Positions 49,615 through 63,433 are shown, numbered from the stretch's first letter. The stretch: 64,000 bases of DNA from Anaeramoeba ignava BMAN (GCA_028826165.1 JAPDFW010000081.1:992001-1056000), one strand, 5' to 3'. Made by a program: numbers and translations. The notes: a model not told the origin generated them from the sequence alone.

Positions 49615-52577
49615 ATGAAATCAAACTTAAAAATTTTTCAAACAAAAATTAATTTTCATTTTTTAGAAATCTTAATTCAAAAAAAAAAAATAATTTGAAA
49701 TTTTGTTTATAAAATCTTTCAATTAAATCAACTTTTATTTATAATAGATTTATCTAAATATATTCCAGTCATTTGGATTTATAAAGAAGACCAAGAAAAA
49801 AATCAAATTAATCTTTCAAAATTTTATTTAATTTTCAAAGAAGAAAAAAAATTATATACTTTAATTAAATTAATTCCAAATTCACAAAACTTAGAAAAAT
49901 CAAAAAATACACCTCAAATGAAGTGTATAATTTCAAAAATTGTTGCCAAAACTTTAAAAATTGGAAATTCTAATGATTTCTATTTAAATAAATCAAATGC
50001 TCAAAATTTCAAAGATTTTCCATTTGCAAAAGAAATGATTCTTGAATGCCAAAAACAAAATCAAATCTTCCAATTTTTGGAAAATCAATCTAATTTAATC
50101 AATTTTTTACCCTCTTTTCTTTCTGGTGGTGTTTTTTGTATTAATACCCAATTCTCTGTTGATTGGAACAATGAAAATATTGATTTAATTGTGAAATCAA
50201 TTGAAAATCATTTGGATCAAAACATAAAAATTGAACAAAACACAAATTCTAATTTAAATTTAAATTTAAATTTTCAACAACAAAAAAATGAGTTTGAATC
50301 ATTTCGAATAAATTCAAATACGAAAATTAGAATCATAAACAAAAAGAATATAGAAATAAATCAAGTAAATGAATCAAGAAGTTTAAATGAACAAAAAACA
50401 GAAGAAATCAGATGGAAATCAAATCAAACTACTCACCCCAACTTTAAATCAATGGATTAATTTAGTTTCGGATTCTTTTGCTGGATACAAAAAAACAATA
50501 ACAGAAATCATCACATTATTATTTTCCCAAATTAATTCCCCAAGAAAAGGATCAAATTTCTTGGGTATTCTTCTTTATGGATTGTCTGGAACAGGAAAAA
50601 CAACATTGATCAATTTGATCATGAAAAATTCTCATCTTCAATATTTTTCAATAAATCCAAGTTCTCTTTTCCAAAAAAATAGAGGAGAATCTGAAAGAAA
50701 ATTGCAAGATATTTTTATTCAAGCAAAGAAAAATGCGCCCAGTTTTATTTTGATTGATGATATTGATGGATTTGTTTGCTATGATAAAAAAACTGTAGAT
50801 GTTTCTATTGAAATGAATTTATTTTATTTACTTTTGGAAATGATTGATAAATTGTCGAGTAAATATGATAATTATAGGAATAATAAACAGGTTATAGTAA
50901 TAGGAACAACAACAAATTTACAGTTAGTTCATCCATTACTTAGAAGGTCAGGAAGAATAGATCATAATTTTGAACTGAAAATTCCATCTCCTTCTCAAAG
51001 AAGGGAAATGCTTGAATTTATTTTTAAAAGATCCACTTCGTTGTTCAAGAAATCAAGATCAAAATCAATTTGAAAATCAAAACCAATTTTTATCTCAAAA
51101 AACTCATGGATTTGTTGCTTCCGATCTTATTGATCTTGTTAACCAAATTGTTCTTTCTTCTTTGAAAAAATCTCAAAATATAAACCAAATTTCTAATCAA
51201 CCATTTTTTCTTGATTTTGAGGATTTAAATGATATACTTTTTAAAATGAAACCAGCCAATCTTAGAGAAAGTAATATTTTCTCATCTTCAAAAATGATAT
51301 CATTTGAAGATCTTGTTGGAATGGATGAAATTATCAAGATATTAAAAGTATTTTTGGAAAGAATAAAAAAAAATTGTTTTCTTTTTGGATCTTGATTTGC
51401 CAAGTTTTCTTTTAAAATAGGCTAGTGTAATTTTACCATTGAATGAACCAAATAAATTTCAATCTTTGGGGATAACTCCTCCAAAAGGAATATTAATATC
51501 AGGTGAACCTGGTTCTGGAAAAACAAAACTTGTTGAAGCTCTTGCAAATGAATCTGGATTAAATTTGATTTTTATTGAAGTTAGATTTTCAATTTTCATT
51601 CAAACAAAATTTTAAATCAATTCACTTAAACATTTCATAAAATATATAAATATATATTTAGAGTACTTCCATTTTATCAAAAGTTGTTGGACAATCAGAA
51701 CAAGCAATTAAGAAAATATTTCAAAAATCAAGATCTTCATCACCTTGTATTTTATTTTTTGATCAAATTGAGGCAATTTCTCAAATTAGAAAAGGTGGAA
51801 ATTCTTCAACACATGCAGCAGATAGAGTTCTTACATGTTTATTAACTGGTACAAAATTTAAATTCAAAATCAAAATCAAAATTAAAATCAAAATCAAATT
51901 CAAAATCAAAATAAAAATAAAAATCAAAATCAAAATCAAAATCAAATTGAAAATCAAAATCAAAATTAAAATCAAAATCAAAATTAAAATCAAAATCAAA
52001 ATTAAAATGAAAATCAAAATTAAAATCAAAATTAAAATCAAAATCAAAATAAAAATCAAAATCAAAATTAAAATCAAAATAAAAATAAAAATCAAAATCA
52101 AAATCAAATTCAAAATCAAAATTAAAATAAAAATAAAAATAAAAATAAAAATCAAAATCAAAATCAGAAATGGATGGAATTGAAACAAATGAAACAAATG
52201 ATCCAAATGATTCTTTAATTATAATTGGAGCTACAAATTCACCTCAATTTATTGATCCAGCTCTTTTAAGACCTGGAAGATTTGATCTTCATTTAAAAAT
52301 TCCATCACTTGATTTTCCTTCTCGTTTAAAATTATTAAATTCTCGAACTAAAAAAATGCCACTTGATTTAGAAGCAAAAGAATATCTTAAAATTATTGCA
52401 AAAGAAACAGATGGATATTGTGGAGCAGATATTGAAATGGGTTGTCAAGAAACAGCTTTATTTGCAATGAATGAAAATATTAATGTTTCTTTAATTACAA
52501 AAAATCATTTACAAAATGGATTTAATCAAATCAAAAAATTTAATCAATTTCCTAAAAATAATTTTAAAAAAATTTGA
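49615..52577 (+). CDS. Type II AAA+ ATPase (CDC48/AFG2/SPATA5L1-like); 3 introns and several frameshifts
   Basis: D1: GLSGTGKT, IDDID, LRRSGRID, THGFVASDL. D2: PPKGILISGEPGSGKT, FFDQIE, EMDG, GATNSP..IDPALLRPGRFD, GYCGAD. Introns 51348-51420, 51580-51661, 51849-52167. The start is approximate. Confidence 0.8.
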
Positions 52578-52679
52578 ATTATTTTGAATTAGAAATAAAT
52601 AAATATAGAATTTAAAATGGAAATTTATTTAATTTATTTTGAAAATTTCTTTTTTGAATTGAAAAAAATTTCTTTTTGA

Positions 52680-54491
52680 TTATTTCATTTTGTTAATATA
52701 ATATTCAATTTTAAGAATTGGATCTTTAGATTTTGGTTGATTTAAATATAAAAGAATTGATTGACAACATTTTTCCCAACCTGAATTTTCATTAAATAAA
52801 GAATTCCAAGGACACCAAGCTCTATGTGCAATTTCAGGATTAAAAAATTGGAGAGTATTTTGATTTTCATTTTGATTTTCATTTTCAATTTGATTTTGAT
52901 TTTGATTTTGATTTTGATTTTGATTTTGATTTTGATTTTGATTTTGATTTTGATTTTGATTTTGATTTTGATTTTGATTTTGATTTTGATTTTGATTTTG
53001 ATTTTGATTTTGAGTTTGAGTTTGATTTTCATTTTCAATTTCAATTTGATTTTGATTTTGATTTTGATTTTGATTTTCATTTTGATTTTGATTTTCAATT
53101 TCAATTTCAAATTCAATTTGATTTTGATTTTGATTTTGATTTTGATTTTGATTTTGATTTTGATTTTTGATTTTGATTTTGATTTTGATTTTGATTTTGA
53201 TTTTGATTTTGATTTTGATTTTGATTTTGATTTTGATTTTGATTTTGATTTTCAATTTCAGTTTCATTTTGATTTTGATTTTGATTTTGATTTTGATTTT
53301 GATTTTGATTTTGATTTTGATTTTGATTTTCATTTTGATTTTGATTTTGATTTTGATTTTGATTTAAATTTTCATTTTGATTTTCAATTTGATTTTGATT
53401 TTCATTTTCAATTTCAATTTCAATTTGAATTTGATTTTCATTTTGATTTTCATTTTGATTTTCATTTTCATTTTCATTTTGATTTTGAATTTGATTTTGA
53501 ATTTGATTTTCAATTTCAATTTGATTTTCATTTTCATTTTGATTTTGAATTTGATTTTCATTTTCATTTCCAATTTCATTTTGATTTTGATTTTGATTTT
53601 GATTTTCATTTTCATTTTCATTTTCATTTTGATTTTGATTTTGATTTTCAATTTCATTTTCATTTTCATTTTCTTCAAATTTTTGATAATTCCATAATCC
53701 AATTTTTCTCTGACATTTATCACACTTTAAAATTTCATAAGATTTTATATTCTTCTTTTTAAAAGAATGAACTTCCCATCCAAAAAGAGCTAAAATAAAT
53801 ACAATTTTTTGCTTTTCTTGATTTTGTAAAACATCAACAGAATAAACTTCATGAAGTATTTTAAAAGATTTACGAAGAGAATCATGGAAATTACTTATTT
53901 GAAGATTTTCTCCAATAATATTTGTTACTCCATCAAAAAAACCTTTAATTTTTGAGTAAATTTGAAAATCAATTTTAGGAAATGAAGTAATTTTTTGAAG
54001 AGATAAAATCCTTGATAAAAATTGATGAAATAATTCAATGCAATCATCAGAAATTGTTGCAAAAGAAAGTGGACAAGGATTTCCTTTCCAAGGACAAAAA
54101 TCACTATGGAAATCATTAAGAAATTTGCATGAAAGATCTCCAGAATTAATGGAAATATTCTCTTTGATTTGCTTTTTGGTAATTTTAGCTTCACAAAATG
54201 AACATTTTAAAGAATTATCTTCTGAACAATAAAAACCAAAGCGTGCAATCTCAAGTGGGGAAAAAATATTAGAAAACCAATGAACTAAACTAAAGGATTT
54301 CACTCGATGATTAAAATCTTCTTTGTTCCACGGTTCAGCTCTTTTATTTCTTTTTTTATTCGTTTTGTTTTCATTTATTTTTTCTTCTAATTTTTTTTCT
54401 TTTTCTTTTTTTTCAATTTTTTTCGTTTTTTCTGTTGTAATTTTGAAATTAAATCATTTAATTTGATTTCTAAAGAAGAATAAAAAGACAT
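52680..54491 (-). CDS. C3HC zinc-finger protein (ZC3HC1/NIPA, Rsm1/Pml39 family) with an NQ insert
   Basis: PWNKEDFNHRVKSF..W..SPLEIARFGF..LKCSFC..HSDFCPW, then LALFGW..LKCDKCQRKIGLW ... FNPEIAHRAWCPW. Frameshifts fall in A-runs and the NQ tract. Confidence 0.85.
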
Positions 54492-54773
54492 TAGAAAGAA
54501 AAATGAAAAAATATTTTTAGTTTAAAAAAAAAAATTTAATTGAAAAAAATTGAAAAATAAAAGAAAAAAAATGAAAAAAAAAAATTTGTTTATTCTCAAA
54601 ATTTTCGAGTAAATTTCCGATTTGAAAAAAAGAAAAAAGAAAAAAAAAGAAAAGAAAAGAAAGAAAAAGAAAATCAAATTTAAATGCCAATGTCAATATC
54701 AATTTAATTTGCCTTTTTTTTTTATGATTATTTTTTTTTTCGGAAATTTGAAAGAAAATTATCAAGATTTAAT

Positions 54774-55368
54774 CTATTTTTCTTTAAGTTCTGAAATCAT
54801 TTCATTAATTTTTGGAAGAATTTGTTCTTTAAAGAATTCTTTTTTAATTTTTTCAACAATCTTATCATATTGTTGACCATTTAAATTTATAGTTGGTTTA
54901 ATAACATAATCATCAGTATCAGTAGAGTCATCAACGTCAGAAATATTGATCTTACCAGAAATATCAATGTCACCAACTTTTCCTTTCCAATCAATTTCCA
55001 TTTTCAAATCATAACTACAAATTCTTTTTCCTTTTCGAATATTAATGCAAGCATCACCTTTTGTTTTTGAAGAACTTATTGAAATTTTTCCGTTTTCAAC
55101 TTCCATTTCCAAATTTAAAACATCTTTATCAAGTTTTTCACAAGCCCATTTAGAATAATCTTTTTCTTCCCTATTTTTATATTTTTAATTAATTAATTAT
55201 TTATTTTTATTTTTATTTTTGTTATTATTTTTTTTATTTATTTAAACTTACCAATGCCAATTTCCCTATAAAAATAATAAAAATAAAAATAAAAATAAAA
55301 AATAATTTTCAATATTTGAGTTTTTTATTTAAATTTAAATTTAATCTTACTTGATTCCAAACGCTCAT
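54774..55368 (-). CDS. Stand-alone Aha1 N-terminal domain protein (Hch1-like Hsp90 co-chaperone), 3 exons (55368-55351, 55265-55252, 55170-54774)
   Basis: Spliced MSVWNQ|GNWHW|EEKDYSKWA...GDACINIRKGK..YDL...W matches the NxNNWHW and RKGK motifs. Confidence 0.88.
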
Positions 55369-55470
55369 TTTATTTTTAATTTAATAAAAATTTTTGTTTG
55401 AAAAAAATGAAAAATGAAAAATGAAAAAAATGAAAAAAATTTTTTTCATTTTTTTTTTATAAAAATAATT

Positions 55471-56032
55471 ATGACTGAAGAACAAACAAATTTAAAGGAA
55501 CAAACTAAAATTTTAACAGATTCGTTTATGGAATTATTTTATTCTCCTGTTCAACAAATTAGTTTAAAACTTGAAGAAATTCGGTAAATAAAAAAATTTA
55601 ATAAAAAATTTAATAAAAAAATTTAATAAAAAATTTAATAAAAAATTTAATAAAAAATTTAATAAAAAATTTAATAAAAAATTTAATAAAAAAATTTAAT
55701 TTGAAATTTAAAAAAATTTAGGAGAAAGTCAAAAACAATTCATTTCAACGCTTTCAACTTTTGAAACTAATTCAGAAGATGAAAAAAAAATTAAAAGAAT
55801 TAATTCAAAAGTAAAATTTTTTCTTTCTTTTTTTTTAAAAAAGAAATTTGAAACTAATTTATATAAAAAATAATTTTTAATTTGATTTAATTTTGTTTAG
55901 ATTTCTCAAATTCCAGATTATATTTCAAAAATTAATAAAATTCACAAAGAAATGATTTCAATTACAAAAACAACAAACAAATTAAATAAAACAATTGATA
56001 AAAAACTCAAAAAATCAAAAACTAATAAATAA
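55471..56032 (+). CDS. Snapin/pallidin (BLOC-1 subunit)-like small coiled-coil protein, 3 exons; absent from the ORF track
   Basis: MTEEQ...FYSPVQQISLKLEEIR|ESQKQF...|ISQIPDYISKINKIHKEMISI. Needs a 1-nt correction at the first acceptor (~55721). Confidence 0.6.
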
Positions 56033-56130
56033 AAGAAAAGATTAATTTAATTTTTTAAAAGAGAAATTTAATTTTTAAAAAGAGAAATTTTGTTCCGATT
56101 TTCATCAAAAAAAAATGTCAAAAAAAAAAT

Positions 56131-59100
56131 TCATTTTAAATTTTCTAAATTTCTTGCTTTTTGATAATCTTTCAATAATTCCCAATATCTTTTATTATCA
56201 GGTTTTGTTCGAATTAACTTTTGAAGGAAATATAAAATTGAATTATTATCTTTAGGATTAAATTGAAGAAGAAAATTAACAAAAATTTCAAAACGAACTT
56301 GATTATAAGTCTTAAAATTGGAAGAAATTTTATAAGAAAGATTTTGATTAAAAGAATGAAGTTATTTGAGACAGAAAATCCCATAAAATTTGATTTTGAA
56401 AATTAATCATTAAGGCTTTTGTAAGAAAAGAAGAAGCTTCTTGAAATTGAGAAGAATGTATTTTGGAAGCAAAATGAAAAATGAAGAAAAGAATTTTTTC
56501 AGCTTGAGTAAAGGAATCTGTGCTTGAATTTTGTAAATCTTGAGAAAGAGTATCAAATTTATTGGAAACTAAGTGGAGTGCGCTTGATAATAAAATAGAT
56601 TTTGATGAAAATGGAAAATGCTTCTTGGTTTGATTAAGAATAATAAACGCTTTATCAATGTTTTTTGTGTAATAAAAAGATTTGGCGAAAGCGCACATCA
56701 AATTGAGACAAAGTTGAGTGGGGTATAATTTGGAGTCTTGGATAGTCAGTGATGTTTTTGTTGATAATGGATTTTTGGGGATTTTTTGGATCAATTTAAT
56801 CAATGATTTTTGGAAATTTTTCGAAATTTCAGTTTCGTTTTTTGGGACGTTGAAAAGCAAACAATAATTAATATAAAGATTAAGAAGATCCATTTTGGAA
56901 AGTGATTTAGGCTCAAATATTGTGTTCAAAAATGGAAGGAAAGGCGAAAAAAACATGTCTTTTTGATAGTGGATTGTTTTAGAAAGAACATTTTTGGCAA
57001 TTTCAAATGATTTCCTTGCAGATTCAAATTGGCGATTTTGGAGATAACTCAATCCAAGATAATACTGGCAATCAGGATTAAAAGGAAATAATTCTGCAAG
57101 TGGTTTCAACATTGGTAGTGCAGATTGGGGATTATTGTTGAGAAGCTGCAAAACACCTTTCCAAAATAAAACATTAAGTGAATGTTTTGGAGATAAATTT
57201 TGAGCGTGATTTAAAAGAGCTATTGATTGAGGAACACTTTCAAAATCGTTAGGCTTTTGGTTGAGCATAAATCCTAGTTTAGCATCTCCAACAAAATTAA
57301 ATGTCTCTGCTTTTTCAAAGGCATCTTTAGTAAGTTGGTGTTTTCCCTGCAACAAATAAAAAAAACCCAATTGAGTCCAAGAATCACCAGCTTGGTATTT
57401 ATCTGAGTAATGAACCGATTTGATCAAAGCATGCAATTTTAGCGGAAGATCTTGAGAAATTATTCCGAAAATTTTCCAAATTGCAGAATCTTTTGGATTG
57501 AATTTCAGAGCTTTGATCAGAATTTTCTCACTTTCAACAAGTCTTGCAAATTGATTTTTTTTGTGCAAGTTCATTTCCTCCGTATTTTCTGAAAGATTAC
57601 TCAATTCTTGGTGAATAAGAGATTCATGGAACTTATTAATTGCCATATCAACAAACAATTTGATTTTTTGTGAACGAACTGATGGATCAATATGATTTTT
57701 TGAAATTAAAAATGCTTTTGTATAATATTGGAATCCCATCTTCAAATAGGATATTTTTTGTGTGCCTCCCTGTCTTGCTTTCTCGAGAGTTGGCTCTTCT
57801 TTTGGAGATTCCTGAGCAAAGAAATGAGAAGGATATCTGAAAAATGTTGATGAAATATCGCCCAATAACTTCATCAAAATAACTGATGATGAGATTGTTG
57901 TTTTGGGAGCGATTTTCTGGAAAATTTCTAGAATATTAAACGATTTCTTTAATTTGACAAACGACATATAAAGAGAATGGATGTTAAAAAGATTGTGGCT
58001 TAAATGGATATAACTTTGTGCCAAATTGAATGAAATTGAAGGTAGAATTAATAAAAATTGTGGATTGTTTTTTGAGTCTGTACTTGTGATTTTGGCAAAT
58101 ATTCCCTCAAGTTTCTCGATACATTTATGCAAATATCCTCTCTTAGAATCTATTATACTGAGCTTGAATTTTGCCATAAAGCTGTGGAATGATTCCTTGT
58201 TGTTGTTTTTCTCAAGAAAAATTTGATCAGCTTTTGTGAATATTTTCTTTGCAGCATCAAGAAAATTAAAAAGCATATATGTTTCTCCCAAAGCAAGAAA
58301 TAAATTTCCATTGTTTTCATCTATCCTAGTTGCTTTTTGAAGAAGGAGCTTTGATTTACTTAACCATTTTTCCTTTTTTTTATGCAAAATTTCTGGATTG
58401 ATAATTTCTTCTTGTTCGTTTTTATTATCGATATTGTTTTCTATTTTGTTTACTTGGTTCAAATATATCAATCCCAATCTTGAGAAAATCCATGAAGTTT
58501 TAAAATTGGGAAGAATGCTTTGATTTGATAATATGCTTTTGAGAAGTTTTTTGTTTTCAATAACATTTTTGGAAGCTAAATGGATGTCTGATAAACACCG
58601 ATATGTTTTGATATCATTGATTTTAGGATAATCACTCATAATTTGCTTCAAATAATCCATTGCTTTTCCATAATCTTTGATGATAAAATACTCATAAAAT
58701 GCTAAATATCGCAATATTTTCCAGTATGTATTTTCTTTTTGGATTGCTTTGATAAAATGTTCATATGCATAATTTTTTTCTGTTCGAAATTCTCCATTCA
58801 TTTCCCAATATATTTTTCCTAGGATATAATGGATATAATAGTTTTCTGTTTCGGATTTCTCTACAAAATTTGCAAGTGTTTTAAGACAATAAGAAAATAT
58901 TTGCATTTCTTGTTCTGTATATTTGATATTTGAAATACTTCCCACTTCATTCACTGCATTCTCCTTCAATTCTCGTTGCTTTGCATCCTGTTTTGTGTAT
59001 GAAAACATGAATTGAGCATGAAGAAGAAGTAAGTTGTTGTTATTTGAAAGTAATTTCTCATTTTTTTGGAACAATTCTTTGGTTTCAGAATATTTTTTTT

Positions 59101-60603
59101 TGGAAATGAGTATCCGAATTAAATCTCCAAAAAATTCAGGATTGTTAGGTTCATAGTCCACTAATTGAAACAAAAACTTTTCTAATTGAGGATCATTATC
59201 ATCAGAAAATTTGCGTAATCTTATGAGAATCATTTTATGAAGTGTATTTAATTTAGCTCCAAATTTGGTTTGTCTTTTTAAAAGTTGGTTAAGTGAAAGA
59301 TGAAGTAAATTGATCAGTTTTTGATTTTGATTTTTGAAGACTTTAGAGAGATAATCAATAAAAAGTATCCAGATTGTGATAATTTCGGGTGTTTCTTTCA
59401 AAAGATTTTCCACAATTCTTAAACTTGAATTTTCTTCATTATCAATTTGATTATTATTTATTAATGACGAAACGTAGAAACAAAGATTTGTATATTTTCC
59501 ATTATTAACAACATCTGGAGAATATAAACTTGCAATATTTTGAATTAATTCATTTGTATAATTTGGATTTTGTAGTTGAAGGAACTCATCTTCTTCAGAA
59601 TAATAAAGTAAAATTTGAAGAGAGTCTAAATTTTTTGGTTGAATTTTGTTAATTTTTCTTGCAATTTCATACATATAAATTGGCAATTTTTGTGGTTTTT
59701 GATTCAAGATTTGTGAGATTTTGTTTTAAACTATCAATATTTTCTTCATTGATGATTTGATTATTTTTTTGATTTTGATTATTTTTTTGATTTTGATTAT
59801 TTTGAATTTTAATTTTTGGATTTTGAATTTTAATTTGATTTTGATTTTGATTTTGATTTTGATTATTTTTCTTTTTTTTCCTTTTTTTCTTTTTTTTTGA
59901 TTGATTTTCTTTTTCAAACTTTTCAATTTTTGTTCGAACTTCCAAAACATTTTCATTATAAATTCTTAATTCTTCTTCCATAAAATTTAACTGAAATTGT
60001 AAAAGAGAAATTGAACAATCATCAATTTGACAAATTTGATGAAGAATTGAATGAATTTTTTCTATTTGCTCAAAGTTTAAAGAAGAAATTTGGAAATCAT
60101 CTGTTAAGAAATATAAAGAAGATTCAATATTTTGGAAAATGGAAATTTTTTGAGAAGAATCAATTTGATATTGATATTTAGAAAGAAACCGAATGAGGAC
60201 ATGAATAAATTGGTATGAATCACCAATTCCTTTATAAAAATCAGCAAATTGTAAAATATATTTTGAAATATTTTGAATATCTTTTTTATCTTCAAAAATT
60301 TCGATAAGTTTATTAAGAACTTCTTCAAGTTTTTCTTTTTCTTGAGTTTCTATAAATAACTTGAATAAGGCTTGCCAACCAAGATTTTTAGAAGGAGATT
60401 GTTCCACAGCTTTTCTAAAATCATTTTCTGCTTCTGAATATTTTTTGTTTTGTTGAAAAATGTAACCTCTTAATAATAAAGCTTCCATAATTAGTTGGTT
60501 TTTGTTCTAAGATTGATTGACAAATTGAGAAAGCTTCTTGTGTTTTTTTTTGTTGTAAAGCTCTTTCAGCTTTTTTAAGTTGTTGAGAAATGGATTTACT
60601 CAT
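56131..60603 (-). CDS. SKI3/TTC37-like TPR protein (SKI complex), split by apparent frameshifts at ~60488, ~59707 and ~56350
   Basis: N-terminal LKKAERAL..A..ICQSILEQKPTNY/EALLLRG..A....F.KA....P....GWQAL; later LGKIYW, WIFSRLG, HALIKS and WTQLGFFYL; C-terminal QKLIRTKPDNKRYW. Confidence 0.75.
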
Positions 60604-60674
60604 ATTTTTTTTTTGTAAATGAAAAATGAAAAATGAAAAATGAAAAAAATATCCACTTTTTCCTTTTAAATTCA

Positions 60675-61410
60675 AAATATAATTTTATTTCAAAATATAA
60701 TATTATTTAAAAATATAATATTATTTCAAAATATAATATTATTTCAAAATATAATATCAATTAAAAATTTAATTTTATTTAAAAATTTAATATTAATTCC
60801 AAATATAATTTTATTTCAAAATATAATTTTATTTAAAAATTTAATATTAATTAAAAATATAATATTATTTCAAAATATAATATTAATTCAAAATATAATA
60901 TTAATTAAAAATATAATATTATTTCAAAATATAATATTAATTAAAAATATAATATTAATTCAAAATATAATATTATTTCACGTTTAATTAAAAAAATATA
61001 ATATTATTTCAAAATATAATATTAATTAAAAATATAATATTAATTAAAAATATAATATTAATTAAAAATATAATATTATTTCAAAAATATAATATTAATT
61101 CAAAATATAATATTAATTAAAAATATAATATTATTTCAAAATATAATATTAATTAAAAATATAATATTATTTCAAAATATAATATTAAAATTAAAAATAT
61201 ATATTAATTAAAATATAATATTAATTTCAAAATATAATATTATTTAAAAATATAATATTATTTCAAAATATAATATTAATTCAAAATATAATATTATTTC
61301 AAAATATAATATTAATTAAAAATATAATATTAATTCAAAATATAATATTAATTCAAAATATAATATTATTTCAAAATATAATATTATTTCAAAATATAAA
61401 ATTATTTCAA
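60675..61410. repeat. Intergenic 18-19-bp minisatellite (AAAATATAATATTA(A)TT(T/A)C) between divergent genes
   Basis: Dozens of tandem variants directly visible. Confidence 0.85.
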
Positions 61411-61464
61411 AATTTAATTTAATTTAAAAATTTAAAATTCATTTTTTTTCATTCAAAATTTAAA

Positions 61465-63433
61465 ATGAATTCTTTTTTTATTATTGGACACGTTTCTAAA
61501 GATATTATTCGAAAACAAGAAGAAGAAAAACTTGTTCCAGGAGGAGGTTCATATTTTGCAGCTTGTTCAGCAGGTGTTTGCAATTCTAATGATAAAAAAA
61601 TTCAAGTTATTACTTATGCAAAAGAAAGTGAAAGATATCTTTGGACAGATTATATGCCAAAATCTAATTTTCCTTTGAAAAACTTTATTTTCCTTGATTC
61701 TGAAAATACAACTTCTTTTGAAAATATTTATCCTTCTAATAATCCAGATGATAGAATTCAACGTGTTTTTTCACTTGCTAAACCTTATTCTCAAAATGAT
61801 ATTGAACCTTTTCTAGAAAAAGACTGTAATTAAATTTATAATTAAATTTATAATTATATTTATAATAAAATTTATAATTAAATTTATAATTAAATTTATA
61901 ATTAAATTTATAATTAAATTTATAATTATATTTATAATTAAATTTATAATTAAATTTATAATTATATTTATAATTAAATTTATAATAAAATTTATAATTA
62001 AATTTATAATTAAATTTATAATAATATTTATAATTATATTTATAATAAAATTTATAATCCATATTTATAATTAAATTTATAATTAAATTTATAATAAAAT
62101 TTATAATTAAATTTATAATAAAATTTATAATTAAATTTATAATTATATTTATAATTAAATTTATAATAAAATTTATAATTAAATTTATAATAAAATATGT
62201 AATTATATTTATAATTAAATTTATAATTATATTTATAATTATATTTATAATTATATTTATAATTAAATTTATAATTATATTTATAATTATATTTATAATT
62301 ATATTTATAATTAAATTTATAATTATATTTATAATTATAATTTATATTTATTTATAATTATATTTATAATTATATTTATAATTATATTTATAATTATATT
62401 TATAATTAAATTTATAATTATATTTATAATTATATTTATAATTATATTTATAATTAAATTTATAATTAAATTTATAATTAAATTTATAATTATATTTATA
62501 ATAATATTTATATTTAAATTTATAATTATATTTGTAATTAAATTTATAATTATATTTATAATAAAATATATAATTAAATTTATAATTAGCTGTTTGTTTA
62601 ATTAATCCATTATGGTGTGGAGAATTTGCAGAAGAATTATTACCTTATGTTAAATCAAAAGTTGGATATTTATGTTTTGATGCTCAAGGATTTCTTCGAC
62701 ATGTTAAAACTGGAGTAACTGATGAAGCAATTACTTATAAAAAATGGGAAAAAAAAGATGAATATTTAAAGTATATTGATTTACTTAAAGTTGATGTTAA
62801 AGAAGCTTCTATTTTAACAGGCATTTCTGACAATTCAATTCCAGTGAAAGAATTAATTAAGAAAATTTTAACAAATAATGAAAAAACAATGATTTTATGT
62901 ACTCATCAAAAAGGAATTACCTTCTATGATGGAAATGATTATTATGAATCTTCTTTTATTGAGAAATTTGATCCAAATGCAAGAACAGGTTTTTATTAAA
63001 TATTAAATATTAAAAATATTAAATATTAAATATAAAATATTAAATATAAAATATTAAATATTAAATATTAAAATTTAATAAATTATAAATATTAAATATT
63101 AAATATTAAATATTAAAAATTAAATATTAAAAATATTAAAAATATTAAATATTAAAAATATTAAAAATATTAAATATTAAATATTAAATATTAAATATAA
63201 AATATTAAATATTAAATATTAAATATAAATTAAAAATATTAAATATTAAAAATATTAAATATTAAAAATTAAAAGGAAGAGGAGATACTTGCACAAGTGC
63301 TTTTATTTCAGCTTTTTATTTAAAAGGAATGTCAAAACAAGAATCAGTTGATTTTGCTGCTAAAGTTACAAATGCAAAACTTCAAGTTATTGGTGGAATT
63401 ACAAAAGAAGTTTTTGATCAAATTAAATTTTAA
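61465..63433 (+). CDS. PfkB/ribokinase-family carbohydrate kinase, 3 exons (61465-61825, 62590-62988, 63276-63433)
   Basis: IIGHVSKD..PGGGSY, TTSFEN.Y, FDAQGFLR, LKVD..EA..LTG; spliced anion hole RTG|RGDT. Confidence 0.88.
61826..62589. repeat. 12-bp minisatellite (TTTATAATTA(A/T)A)n filling PfkB intron 1
   Basis: Tandem 12-mers between GT at 61826 and AG at 62589. Confidence 0.85.

Noticed and set aside
56131-60603. Pseudogene or recoding status for SKI3 (also the Pol alpha termini, AAA, UBR, ZC3HC1 and pallidin)
   Set aside because: The breaks are 1-nt indels, mostly near homopolymers, in otherwise intact conserved genes. Assembly error is likelier, but this needs a read-level check.
60675-61410. 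CRISPR-like array
   Set aside because: There are no unique spacers and no cas genes, and the context is eukaryotic; it is a plain minisatellite.
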